Source: Vicinamibacterales bacterium (lineage in GTDB: Bacteria > Acidobacteriota > Vicinamibacteria > Vicinamibacterales > 2-12-FULL-66-21). From it: a DNA stretch of 64,000 bases. Under the pieces are notes generated by a model, which was not told where the DNA came from, ran no database searches, and saw only the letters and a list, made by a program, of their open reading frames with translations. The position numbers and the translations under genes are program-made. The stretch lies in contig DATAFJ010000169.1 of NCBI GenBank assembly GCA_036257535.1, positions 4,846 through 68,845 of the forward strand. Direction: 5' to 3'. Of this stretch, positions 44,549 through 54,568 are shown one piece after another; position 1 is the first letter of the stretch; the number at the start of each line of letters is the position of its first letter.

Positions 44549-45969
44549 TCAATTCGTTCCGACCGCCTCGACGGCGAGGCGGAGCGCTTCGTTCGTGGCC
44601 TTGCGCGCGGCCGGGCCGGCGCCGCGGAAGTGTCCCATGCGGACGATCACGAGCTGGTGCGAGGGGACGATGAAGACGCTCTGGCCGCCTGCGCCAGCCA
44701 TGTAATACGCGTCTCTCGGCAGGTTCCAGTCGCCTTCGCCGTTGATCCAGAAGAAGCCGCCGTAGATCGGACGCTTCCATGCGGGAGCCGGCGTGCTGAC
44801 GAACTTCGACCAGCCCTCCGGGAGGATTCGCGTGCCCTGCCACATGCCGTCCTGAAGATAGAGCAGACCGAGGCGAGCCCAGTTGCGCGCCGTTCCGTAG
44901 TCGTAGCCCGTCAGCAGGAAGTTGCCGTAGGGATCCGTTTCGAGCACCTGCCGCCGGATGCCAATGCGATCGAAGAGGGCGCGCTGCGGCCAGGTCAAGT
45001 ACTCCTGTCCTCGGCGCGTGACCGCCTGCTTGATGAGATAGCCGATCGTCAGCGGATCGCAGTTCCGGTAGCGCCCTTCGGTGTTGGGCGGGAACTGGGG
45101 CGGACGATTGATCGAGTAGTCGAACGCATTGACCGCGCCCGTGTAGATGAACATGTGATCCGGATAGCCCTTGTCCTCGGTGTAGTCCGGATCTTGCCCG
45201 GCGATGAAGCGCAGGCCGGCGCTCATGCGGAGGAGATCGATGTTCCGGATCTTCGATCGGGGATCATCCGGCGATTGCCAGGCGGCGACGGGTGCAGGCT
45301 GCTCGAGCGTGTAGGTGCCGTCCTTGACAAGCAGGGCAAAGAGGGTGGCCGTGATGCTCTTGCCCATCGACCAGCTCTCGAGCTGCGTGTCCTTCGTAAT
45401 GCCCGTCATGTACCGCTCGGCGACGATTTTCCCTTGTAGAGCACGACGAAGGCTGCCGTGAGTGTGTCGGCATCCGCAAAGGCCGCGTCGAGGGCGGCTG
45501 TCATCTTCGCCGCATCCAGTCCTGAGGGCTTCGACGCGTCGCCCGGAGCATCGCCCATGGGCCAGGGTTGCGACATCGCATCTGGCAGCGTCGTCTTCAC
45601 CGGCACCGGCGTGAAATGGATGCCCGGTTTGTCCTTCGCGTGGATGATGCAGCCCTGATCGTCGTAGAACTTTGCCTCGCGGGTAATGCCGTCGAGCGTC
45701 ATGCGCACGGCCTGACGCTCGCGATCCACGGTCCACGTGACTTTCTCAGCGAGGTTCCCGGGCAGCATGAACGCGCCGCTGTTCCTCACGGCTTCGTTGG
45801 GATCGCGGCCGGAGACGAAGATTGCCGAGCAGGTCACCTTCGCGTAGCCGGCTAAACCAAGCTCGACCGGAGTGCCGCTCGGTGCGTAGGCGGATGGGGG
45901 ACGCGCTGGCTGAAGGCCGAGCGTCGAGACGGTGACGCCCAGCGCCGCCGCGAAAAAGGGGACAGTCAC
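44549..45969 (-). pseudogene. Serine hydrolase (beta-lactamase family) with a 1-nt frame disruption at G_GGA_AAA
   Basis: The upstream frame ends ...AAFVVLYKGKSSPSGT*. The -1 frame continues GKIVAERYMTGITKDTQLESWSMGKSITATL (S-x-x-K). The span is 1421 nt (3n+2). The junction lies in the run GGGAAAA at 45427..45433. Confidence 0.75.
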
Positions 45970-46020
45970 CTTTTTCTTTGGGACCAGAGTTGACAGAAAA
46001 AGGTGACTGTCCCCTTTTCC
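45951..46020. repeat. Palindromic element, 23-bp perfect stem AAAAGGGGACAGTCACCTTTTTC / GAAAAAGGTGACTGTCCCCTTTT
   Basis: Read directly, with a 19-nt loop. It has the same core as 20923..20987. The left arm supplies the GTG start and first codons (MTVPFF) of the downstream hydrolase ORF. Confidence 0.9.
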
Positions 46021-46055
46021 CGGCGGCGATTCATGGCCGCCCAGTATAGTGCGGC

Positions 46056-46934
46056 TCAGCGCGATACGCTCGTCGCGGCTACCTCGCGGCGCACGATGAC
46101 GCCGGAATCGACGGTCTTGCCGTTCTCGTCGATCGTCTGGAAGAACATCTCGTCCCCCGCGATCTCGATCAACATGAACGTGTACCCGTCATCGAATCCC
46201 TTCGCCGTCATTCCCGTCGTGCCGATGTTGCCGCGCCTCAGTTTCGCCGCGCTGCCGGTAATGATGTAGTGGATGCCGTTCTGCGGCTTCAGGCGCTCGT
46301 AGAAATGTTCGTGGCCGGTGAAGACGACGTCGACGCCGTGCTTCAGGAAGAGCGGCTCAACCTGCTCGCGGAGCTCCACGTGCGAACCGTGCTTTTCGCC
46401 CGACGAGTAGATCGGATGATGGAAGAAGGCAATCTTCCAGTCCGAGTCGCTCCCCGCGAGCTCTTTGGCGAGCCAGTCGAACTGCGTCTTGTCGAGATAG
46501 TTGCTGTCGAGCGCGAAGAACCTGACGGTCGCCTTCGGCGCCTTGAACGAGTAGAACCGCTCGCCGTTCATGTTGAAGAGCTTGTAGAAGCGCTGGTTCG
46601 GATCGTCGTGGTTGCCGAGCGCGGCGTAGAACAGTACTCCGGCATCGAGGAGCGGTTTGTAGGGCCGCTCGAACTTATCCGCGTAATCCGATGCCCGCTC
46701 GCTGCCGTACAGGTTGTCGCCAAGCATGAGCGCGAACTCGAACGGGAACACCTTGTGGAACGCCGCAAGCTGTTTAGCCACTTTGAGCTGCGCAGACCCG
46801 CCGGTGCCGCTGTCGCCGATGACCGCGAAGCGGACCGAGCCCTCTTTCATCGGGAGCGTGAGGTGCTGGCCGCTCAACGGGCCGGCCAGGCCTGTCATGC
46901 CGAGTACGAGCACCGCTGCAATCCACCGAGCCAT
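46056..46934 (-). CDS. Metallophosphoesterase (purple-acid-phosphatase-like)
   Basis: Signal peptide and motifs GDSGTG, GDNLY, GNHD, GHEHFYER. Confidence 0.85.
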   Translation of the reverse strand: MARWIAAVLVLGMTGLAGPLSGQHLTLPMKEGSVRFAVIGDSGTGGSAQLKVAKQLAAFHKVFPFEFALMLGDNLYGSERASDYADKFERPYKPLLDAGVLFYAALGNHDDPNQRFYKLFNMNGERFYSFKAPKATVRFFALDSNYLDKTQFDWLAKELAGSDSDWKIAFFHHPIYSSGEKHGSHVELREQVEPLFLKHGVDVVFTGHEHFYERLKPQNGIHYIITGSAAKLRRGNIGTTGMTAKGFDDGYTFMLIEIAGDEMFFQTIDENGKTVDSGVIVRREVAATSVSR

Positions 46935-46947
46935 GGCCTTCGTTCTC

Positions 46948-47511
46948 CTACCGAATTGCGTTGGGGATGTAGTCCACGATGAGGTTCGCGTGCACGTCGC
47001 GCAGAATCAGGGTTCTCCCGACGATGCGGTACTCGAGCTCCTCGGGCAGTTTGGGAAGCCTTGCGAGCAGGTTCGGAGGCACCGTCGGCAGTGGCTCGTT
47101 CGCCGGGTAGCGCGCGTTGATCTTGAGCACCACCGCGGCGGGCGCATCCTCGTTGATTTCCGCCTTCGTCTCCGCTCCTTCTTTCCCTTTCAGCTCCGGA
47201 TACATCAGACGGCGGAACAATGCCCGGCCTTCAGGCGTGAAAATCTCGCCTGGCTTCGCGGTCTTCCGCGCGGCGCCGATCTTTGCGGCCAGCGCCTCTT
47301 CGTGCGCCTTGATTTCCTCGGGCTCCGCCTTGTCTTTGAGCTTCGGGGCGTCGCCCTCCGCTTCCTCGTGGAGCTTCATGTAGGCGTCGATGCGCGCCTG
47401 AAACTCTTTCAGCGTTTTCGCATCGGTGTTGACCCGCTCCTGGCCGAAAACCGGTTGGCCGACGGCCAGACTCAGCGTCGCGATGCATAACAGCCGGTTC
47501 AGCTTCGACAT
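46948..47511 (-). CDS. Secreted hypothetical protein
   Basis: Signal peptide MSKLNRLLCIATLSLAVGQPVFG, then a Lys/Glu-rich helical region. No family recognised. Confidence 0.6.
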   Translation of the reverse strand: MSKLNRLLCIATLSLAVGQPVFGQERVNTDAKTLKEFQARIDAYMKLHEEAEGDAPKLKDKAEPEEIKAHEEALAAKIGAARKTAKPGEIFTPEGRALFRRLMYPELKGKEGAETKAEINEDAPAAVVLKINARYPANEPLPTVPPNLLARLPKLPEELEYRIVGRTLILRDVHANLIVDYIPNAIR

Positions 47512-47603
47512 ACCTCTGTCGAAGGTTCACGATCTGTGCCGTTCGGTGGACGTCCGGTGGGAACGCTCCGCGGTGAGCTCGACTGTTTGGAAAGGCTCGA
47601 AGA

Positions 47604-48137
47604 TCAGGAGCGGCGACGGAGGACGGCGAGATGTTCGCGGACTTCGGCGCGAGCGTTGATGAAGTCGGAGTGCTCGATCTTCAGCTCGCGGCTGATGCGC
47701 CGGATCTCGTTGTCTTCCCGCACCTCGACCGAGAGATCGGCCGCGGAAACGGCGAAGAGGCACCGCATCAGTGCGAGCCGCTCCTCATGGGAGGCGAGGC
47801 TCGCGAACTCGCGCGCCACGGCAAGGTTGTGCGTTCCGCCGAAACGCCGGAACTCATCGATTGCGAGCGTGACGGCGGCCGTTGCCTCGTCGGCCCGAAG
47901 TCCCGACTCCTCGGAGACGAACTGGATCATCAGCCGCTTCTCTTCGTCGCTGACCTTGTGGTCGGCGCCGGCCACGCGGCCGAGAAGGTACGCGAATGCG
48001 GCCACGTATCGCGCGCGGCGCTCGTCCAGCCTGTCCAGGATGGCGACGACGGAATCAAGAACCTCCGCGTCGTCCGCTCGATCGACGCCCGCTCTGTCGA
48101 TGCCGAGCCAGCCGAGAACGTCCCAGCCCTGTCCCAT
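47604..48137 (-). CDS. TerB-like (tellurite-resistance TerB family) protein
   Basis: Only the 3' 177 codons of the 814-aa antisense ORF look coding: [10 protein letters not shown]...[31 protein letters not shown]...[36 protein letters not shown]. Confidence 0.55.
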   Translation of the reverse strand: MGQGWDVLGWLGIDRAGVDRADDAEVLDSVVAILDRLDERRARYVAAFAYLLGRVAGADHKVSDEEKRLMIQFVSEESGLRADEATAAVTLAIDEFRRFGGTHNLAVAREFASLASHEERLALMRCLFAVSAADLSVEVREDNEIRRISRELKIEHSDFINARAEVREHLAVLRRRS

Positions 48138-48194
48138 CCGGGCATTCTTGCACGACCCGCCGGGCCGGCGTTTCCATATAATTTCTGGCGCAGC

Positions 48195-51002
48195 ATGATC
48201 GGCCAGACGGTCGGCCATTATCGCATCGTCGAAGAGCTCGGCGGCGGTGGCATGGGCGTGGTGTACCGCGGGGAAGATATCCGGCTCGGGCGGCCGGTGG
48301 CGCTGAAGTTCCTGCCGCCCGCTCTGTCGCGCGACCCGTCGGCCGCGGAGCGGTTCCAGCGCGAAGCGCGCGCCGCGTCGTCGCTGAACCATCCCAACAT
48401 CTGCACGTTGTACGATGCCGGTGAGCACGACGGCCGCCAGTTCCTGGTCATGGAGCTCCTCGAAGGCCGGACGCTGGCGGGCGTCATCGGCGATCGCCCG
48501 CTGGAGATCACCCGCGCCCTCGACCTCGCGATCGAGATCGCCGACGCGCTCGACGCCGCGCACTCGCGAGGCATCGTCCATCGCGACATCAAGCCGGCGA
48601 ACATCTTCGTCACCGACCGCGGCCACGCGAAGATCCTCGACTTCGGCCTCGCGAAGCTTTCCGGTACGGGGCAGCCGACGCTCGATCAGCCGACCACCAC
48701 AGATGTCGGGCTCCTGACGACGCCCGGGACGACGCTGGGAACGATCGCGTATATGTCGCCGGAGCAGGCGCGCGGCGAGGAAGTGGATGCGCGCAGCGAC
48801 CTGTTCTCGTTCGGCGTCGTTCTGTACGAAATGATCACTGGACGCCGGCCGTTCGAGGGCCGCACGCCGATCGCCGTAGCCGACGCAATCCTGAACGCCT
48901 CTCCGCCGCCTCCGCGCGCAGTCGACTCCGCGATTCCGCCGGACCTCGATCACGTCGTCATGCGGCTGCTCGACAAGGATCGCGAGCTTCGGTATCAGCG
49001 CGCCGCGGATCTGCGCGCCGAGTTGAAGCGCGTCCGCCGCGACACCGATCCGTCCGCGTCCGGCATACGCGACGAGGCGCGATCGGGACGGTCCCGTGGC
49101 GCCTCGCCGCGCCCGAGCCGCTGGCGCCGGCCTGCGTGGATTGCCGCGGTGCTGGCTGGCGTTGTGCTCGGCGGCGTGTACTTTCTCGCGCCCCGCACTC
49201 CGGCGCTCGCCGCCGAGGACGAGATCCTCGTCGCTGATGTGGCGAACGCGACGGGGCAATCGGTCTTCGACGACACGCTTCGGCAGGTGCTCGTCGTCCA
49301 GCTTCAACAGTCGCCGTACCTCAACGTCGTCTCGCAGGACCGCGTGCGCGAGACGCTGCGCTTCATGGGACGGCCGTCGGGAGACCGGCTCACGGGCAGC
49401 GTCGCGAGGGAGGTGTGTGAGCGGCTGAACGTCAAGGCCATGCTCGAGGGGTCGATCGCGCCGCTCGGCAGCCAGTACGTCCTGACGCTCAACGCGGTCA
49501 ACTGCGCCACGGGCGACACGCTGGCGAGCCGCCAGTCGCAGGTCTCGAAGCCGGAGGACGCGCTCGGCGCGATAGGCGACGGTGCGTGGTCGATGCGCCG
49601 CGATCTCGGGGAGTCGCTCGCGTCGATTCGCAAGTTCGAGGTTCCCGTCGCGCGCGCGACGACCGGTTCGCTCGACGCGCTCAAGGCGTTTACGACGGGC
49701 GCGCGCCTGTTCAATGAATCGCAGTTCCAGCAGTCCATCGGGCACTTCGAGCGGGCTGTCGCGATCGATCCGTCGTTCGCGATGGCGTACGCGCAGATGG
49801 CGACGGCCCACGGCAACCTGGGGGACAACGAGCGGTCGCGCGAGCTTGCCGCGAAGGCCTGGGCGCTCCGCGACCGCGTCAGCGAGCGCGAGCGGTTCTA
49901 CATCGAGTCGCGCTACTACTCGGCCGGGACCGGCGAGATTGAGAAAGCGCTGCAGGTCTACGAGGTCTGGGCGGATGTCTATCCGCGCGACGTCGCGCCG
50001 CGCAACAACGTCGGCGTCTATGCCGCCATGCTCGGGCGGTTCGAACAATCACTCGAGGCGTATCTCGAGGCGCGCCGGATCGCCCCGAAGAACGCCTCCT
50101 CGGCCGCCAACATCGCGTGGGGCTACCTGCATTTGAACCGCATCGACGAGGCCGCGAAGGCGGCCGACGCAGCCCTTAAGTGGTTCCCGAACAGTCTGAC
50201 CGCGAAGCAGGCACGGCTCGTCGCGGCCGAGTTGACGGCCGACAATGTGCGTGTGGAATCGATGCTCGCGACCGCCCATGCGGCAGGGGACATCGAGATG
50301 GTCCACGCGGGGATGACCGGGGCCATCTTTGCCGGACGCATGGAGGCGGCCCGCGACTACGGGGCCGAAGAACAGCGGATGCTGGCCGGCGCGCGGCCGG
50401 CGCACCGGGCCGAGGCGTCGCTCGAGCTGGCGATCGCCGAGTGGTTCTACGGGTTGCACGCGCAGGCCCGCGGCCGGTTGGCGGACGCGGCGGCGCTCCT
50501 GTCGGACGAGACTGCATCGCCGGGAGCGCCCACGGTCCTCGCGTTGATTGGCGATGTCCCTCGCGCTCAACGCATCATGCGGGTGCTCGACCGGAACTGG
50601 CCGAACGGCACGATGGTGCAGGGCGTGTGGCTGCCGATGGCGCGGTCGGCAATCGCGCTCTCACAGGGTCGGGCGGGTGAGGCGGTCGCGGCAATCGCGC
50701 CGGCAGAGCCGTACGAGCGCGGCGTCCACTTCGTCTCGCTCGTCCGCGGCTTGGCTCTGATGGCTCTCGGGGAGCACCGCGCGGCGGCCGACGCGTTCCG
50801 TCGCGCGCGCGAGCGCAGGACGCAGATGCCGAGCTCGGTGAACCCGATCGCATCGCTCTCGTTCGCCCGGGCGCTCGCGGCCTCCGGCGACGCCGTCGGC
50901 GCGCGCGAGGCCTACCTGTACTTTTTCGAGCTGTGGAAGCGCGCCGACGAGGACCTCCCCATCCTGGTCGAGGCGCGCAAGGAATTCGACGCACTCAAGT
51001 AG
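48195..51002 (+). CDS. Ser/Thr protein kinase with TM segment, TolB-N-like domain and TPR repeats
   Basis: Start [24 protein letters not shown]. Motifs [16 protein letters not shown] and YMSPEQ, TM helix [17 protein letters not shown], then [11 protein letters not shown]...DDTLRQVL and TPRs. Confidence 0.9.
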   Translation: MIGQTVGHYRIVEELGGGGMGVVYRGEDIRLGRPVALKFLPPALSRDPSAAERFQREARAASSLNHPNICTLYDAGEHDGRQFLVMELLEGRTLAGVIGDRPLEITRALDLAIEIADALDAAHSRGIVHRDIKPANIFVTDRGHAKILDFGLAKLSGTGQPTLDQPTTTDVGLLTTPGTTLGTIAYMSPEQARGEEVDARSDLFSFGVVLYEMITGRRPFEGRTPIAVADAILNASPPPPRAVDSAIPPDLDHVVMRLLDKDRELRYQRAADLRAELKRVRRDTDPSASGIRDEARSGRSRGASPRPSRWRRPAWIAAVLAGVVLGGVYFLAPRTPALAAEDEILVADVANATGQSVFDDTLRQVLVVQLQQSPYLNVVSQDRVRETLRFMGRPSGDRLTGSVAREVCERLNVKAMLEGSIAPLGSQYVLTLNAVNCATGDTLASRQSQVSKPEDALGAIGDGAWSMRRDLGESLASIRKFEVPVARATTGSLDALKAFTTGARLFNESQFQQSIGHFERAVAIDPSFAMAYAQMATAHGNLGDNERSRELAAKAWALRDRVSERERFYIESRYYSAGTGEIEKALQVYEVWADVYPRDVAPRNNVGVYAAMLGRFEQSLEAYLEARRIAPKNASSAANIAWGYLHLNRIDEAAKAADAALKWFPNSLTAKQARLVAAELTADNVRVESMLATAHAAGDIEMVHAGMTGAIFAGRMEAARDYGAEEQRMLAGARPAHRAEASLELAIAEWFYGLHAQARGRLADAAALLSDETASPGAPTVLALIGDVPRAQRIMRVLDRNWPNGTMVQGVWLPMARSAIALSQGRAGEAVAAIAPAEPYERGVHFVSLVRGLALMALGEHRAAADAFRRARERRTQMPSSVNPIASLSFARALAASGDAVGAREAYLYFFELWKRADEDLPILVEARKEFDALK

Positions 51003-51011
51003 ACTGGCGCT

Positions 51012-54000
51012 ATGGACCTCAGGCGGGGCGATCGTCTGCGGCAGTACGAGATCGACGCGGTGCTCGGCGCCGGCGGCATGGGGACTGTGTACCGCGCGTT
51101 CGACGCCCGCTTGCAGCGCCCCGTCGCCATCAAGGTGATCCACGCGCAGTCCGATCCCGACGCGCCCGCGCGCATGATGGCCGAAGCGCGGTCGGCGTCG
51201 GCGCTCAACCATCCCAATATTTGTACGATCCACGAAGTCGGCGAGGACCGCGACTGCACGTTCATCGTGATGGAGCACGTCGAAGGCAGTCCGCTCAGCG
51301 ATCTGATGGCCGCCGGTCCGACGCCGTCCGCGAAGGCGCTCCAGCTCGCGCTGCAGATCGCGAGCGCCGTCGCGCACGCGCACGAGCGGGGCGTCGTTCA
51401 CGGCGACCTGAAGTCAGCGAACGTGCTGCTGACCGTTTCGAGCCTGATCAAGGTCGTTGATTTCGGCCTCGCGCGGCGACCGGCGCAGGACGATGCGGCG
51501 ACAGAGACCGGCTACGCACGCGGGACGCCGTACGCGATGGCTCCCGAACAGCTGCGCGGCGCTTCCGCCGATACGCGCAGCGACGTCTGGGCGATCGGCG
51601 TGCTGCTCCAGGAGCTCGCCAGCGGCGCGAAGCCGTTCGAGCGCGCGACGGTGCCCGAAGTGATGGCCGCGATCCTGACGGAACCGCCGTCGCCGCCTCC
51701 GCCTCACGTCGACCCCGCACTGCGCCGCATCATCGAGCGCTGTCTGGCACGCGATCCCGCCGACCGCTACCAGCGCGCGGGCGAGGTGCTCGCCGCGCTC
51801 GAGGCGATCACGGCACGGGAGTTGCCGCGGATCCGCACGGCTGAGTGGCGCGCCGCGTACGACGCCGGCCTGGATTCGACGTCCACGGCAATTCCGCTGC
51901 CGCCGGCACTTGCCGCGACGGCCGCGAGCCCGGTTCCACTCGTCGGACGCCGCGGCGACCTCGACGCGATCCGGGCGGCATGGACGCGCGCGCGCGAGGG
52001 CCGGCGCCAGCTCGTGCTCATTGGCGGCGAGGCAGGAATCGGCAAGACGCGGCTCGTGGGGGAGTTCGCGCGCTCGGTGGGCGTCGAGGGCATCGCCTTG
52101 CTCGGCCGCTCGGAGCAGGAAGCGCTCGTGCCGTACCAGCCGTTCGTCGAGGCGCTCGAGTGGTACGCGCGCGAGTGTCCCGGCGGTCTCCTCGAGGCGC
52201 AGATCGCCGATGTCGAAGGTGTTCGCGAGCTCGCTCACCTCGTACCGGCGCTCGGTCGGAGAGTCGCGATACCGGGCGAGCGCGTCGAATCGAACGCGGA
52301 AGGGCAGCGATATCGCCTGTTCGAAGCCACCGCGGCGCTCCTTTCCGCCATCGCACGATTCCGCCCGCTGCTCATCGTCCTCGAAGATCTGCACTGGGCC
52401 GACCGGTCCACACTCCTCATGCTGCGTCACCTGTTCCGGTCGTCGCACGAGGCGGCGTTGTGCCTGGTGGCGACGTACCGCGAGACCGATCTCGGCCGCA
52501 CGCACCCGCTCGCCGAGATCCTGGCAGATCTGCGGCGCGATGACGGCGTCGTGCGCGTCGGCCTGCGAGGACTGAACGAAGGACAGGTGGACGAGCTCAT
52601 CACGCGCTGGATCGGGCGCGGCAGCCCTGCGTCGCTCACGCGCATCGTCTCGGAAAACACGGATGGCAATCCGTTCTTCATCGGAGAGGTCCTTCGTCAC
52701 CTCGGTGAGACCGGCGCGCTGACGCATTTCGAGAGCGGGAAGTCGTCAGGCCGCCGCACCGAATTCGGCCTGCCGGAAGGCGTGCGCGAGGTGATCGGGC
52801 GCCGGCTCGCGAGGCTCAGCGAGGCGTGCAACCGCGTTCTCGGTCTGGCGGCCGTCGTCGGCCGCGAGTTCGACCTGCCGGTGCTCCAGGCGCTCGGCGA
52901 TCTGTCCGAGGACCGCCTGCTGGACGTGCTCGACGAGGCGCTCGAGGCCCGGCTCGTGCATGAAGCGCCGGGCGCCGCCGGCCGTTACACCTTCACGCAC
53001 GCACTCGTCCGCGAGACGCTCTACGGAGAGCTCACGGCCGCACGGCGCGCACGGCAGCACCGGCTGGTAGCCGAGACGCTCGAGCGGCTGGCGACGCCCG
53101 GCCAGGAGCCGCTCGCCGATCTCGCGTATCACTACGCGCACGCGGCCTCCGCCGCCGATGCCGAGAAGGCCGTGTCGTATGCAGTCCGCGCGGCCGAGCG
53201 CGCCTCGGCGGCGTTCGCGCTCGAAGAGGCGGCGCGGTTCTACGAAGTCGCGCTCCAGGCTCTGGACCTCCTGCCGGATGGCCCCGCGCTCGGCGAGCGC
53301 CGGCTCGATCTGCACTTCCGGCGCGGCCGCGCGTTCGTCGACCTGGGCCAGTGGGAACCGGCCCGGAAGGAGTTCGAGGCGGCGCTTCCGCTTCTCGACC
53401 CGGAAAAAGCGGCGCAGCGCGCCGAGCTGCTCGGCCTGCTGGCGAACTGCGCGTTCTGGATGCTCGATACGCCCGCCGTCCGGCGCTACGCCGGCGAGGA
53501 GCTGACAATCGGCGAGTCGCTCGGCCGTGACGATCTCGCCGCCGACGCGATGTCCTGGATCGCCGGCGTCATGAACGCCGACGGGGACGTGGCTGGCGCG
53601 GCCGAGGTCGACCGGAAGGCGATGGCGCGCATCGGCGGTCCAAAGACGTTCGGCCTGACCCGCGCGGTGATCACGCTGTACCATCTCGGCCGCGTCGAGG
53701 AAGCTCTCGAGCGTGCACGCGAGGCGGTCGAAGCCTCCGCCGGCACCCCAAACCCGAACTTCCGCGTGTACGCGTTGCAGCACCTCGGAATCAGTCTCGG
53801 CGCCAACGGCCGGTATGCTGAAGCCCTGCGGATCTTCGCCGAGATGCGCGAGGTCGGGAAGCGCTACGGCGTTCTGCCGATGACCGCGCGCGGCATCTCG
53901 ATGTCGGCCGGTGTCTACATGGCGCTCGGCGATTACGCGCGCGCCGAGGCCATTTCGCGGGAGGCGCGCGATCTCGCGCGCCGCGTCGCGTTTCCTCCGC

Positions 54001-54527
54001 CGCTCGTCAGCGCCGGCCTCGACCTCTTGTTCGTGTTTGCACGCACGCGGGAGCCTGGCCGCGCCGACGCGATCGTCGACGACGTGGCCGCGGCCGCCTC
54101 CGCCGCGAGCGGCTGGCACGGATGGCTCTGGCGGCTGCGCCTGAACGAGGCGCTCGCCGAGCTCGCACTCGCCAGGGGCGACTGGAATGGCGCAATCGCG
54201 TCGGCATCCGAGTGCATCGCCGACAGCCAGGCGCGGACCAGACCGAAGTACGAAGTGCTCGGCCTCGTGACGCGGGCGAAAGGCCGCCACGCCCTCCACG
54301 ACGTCGCCGGCGCTCGCACCGACGCCGCACGCGCCGTCGATCTGGCGCGGGCGCTCCGCGATCCGGCCGTCTCGTTGAGCGCGCTGAACACGCTGATCGG
54401 GATCGACGGCAGCGACCAGCTCGCCGCCGAGGCGCGGTCCTGCGTCGACCACATCCTCGCAAACGTGGACGATTCGGAACTGCGCGACAGGTTCCTCGCG
54501 GCCCAGGCGGCCAGCGTGGCGCGATAG
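51012..54527 (+). CDS. Non-RD Ser/Thr kinase fused to a STAND-type AAA ATPase and TPR array
   Basis: GAGGMGTVY and VAIK, HGDLKSANVLL (HGD rather than HRD) and DFGLAR. Then the P-loop LIGGEAGIGKTRL, LIVLEDLHWAD and a long TPR-like C-terminus. Confidence 0.9.
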   Translation: MDLRRGDRLRQYEIDAVLGAGGMGTVYRAFDARLQRPVAIKVIHAQSDPDAPARMMAEARSASALNHPNICTIHEVGEDRDCTFIVMEHVEGSPLSDLMAAGPTPSAKALQLALQIASAVAHAHERGVVHGDLKSANVLLTVSSLIKVVDFGLARRPAQDDAATETGYARGTPYAMAPEQLRGASADTRSDVWAIGVLLQELASGAKPFERATVPEVMAAILTEPPSPPPPHVDPALRRIIERCLARDPADRYQRAGEVLAALEAITARELPRIRTAEWRAAYDAGLDSTSTAIPLPPALAATAASPVPLVGRRGDLDAIRAAWTRAREGRRQLVLIGGEAGIGKTRLVGEFARSVGVEGIALLGRSEQEALVPYQPFVEALEWYARECPGGLLEAQIADVEGVRELAHLVPALGRRVAIPGERVESNAEGQRYRLFEATAALLSAIARFRPLLIVLEDLHWADRSTLLMLRHLFRSSHEAALCLVATYRETDLGRTHPLAEILADLRRDDGVVRVGLRGLNEGQVDELITRWIGRGSPASLTRIVSENTDGNPFFIGEVLRHLGETGALTHFESGKSSGRRTEFGLPEGVREVIGRRLARLSEACNRVLGLAAVVGREFDLPVLQALGDLSEDRLLDVLDEALEARLVHEAPGAAGRYTFTHALVRETLYGELTAARRARQHRLVAETLERLATPGQEPLADLAYHYAHAASAADAEKAVSYAVRAAERASAAFALEEAARFYEVALQALDLLPDGPALGERRLDLHFRRGRAFVDLGQWEPARKEFEAALPLLDPEKAAQRAELLGLLANCAFWMLDTPAVRRYAGEELTIGESLGRDDLAADAMSWIAGVMNADGDVAGAAEVDRKAMARIGGPKTFGLTRAVITLYHLGRVEEALERAREAVEASAGTPNPNFRVYALQHLGISLGANGRYAEALRIFAEMREVGKRYGVLPMTARGISMSAGVYMALGDYARAEAISREARDLARRVAFPPPLVSAGLDLLFVFARTREPGRADAIVDDVAAAASAASGWHGWLWRLRLNEALAELALARGDWNGAIASASECIADSQARTRPKYEVLGLVTRAKGRHALHDVAGARTDAARAVDLARALRDPAVSLSALNTLIGIDGSDQLAAEARSCVDHILANVDDSELRDRFLAAQAASVAR

Positions 54528-54568
54528 CCGGCTCGGTTACTATCTGCCTGTTCTCAGGAGCTCCACGC

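Noticed and set aside
20923-46020. The two identical-core palindromes as boundaries of a 25-kb genomic island
   Set aside because: The interval has the same GC and gene types as the flanks. It contains no integrase, tRNA or direct target duplications. Each palindrome is self-contained and sits in a terminator position.
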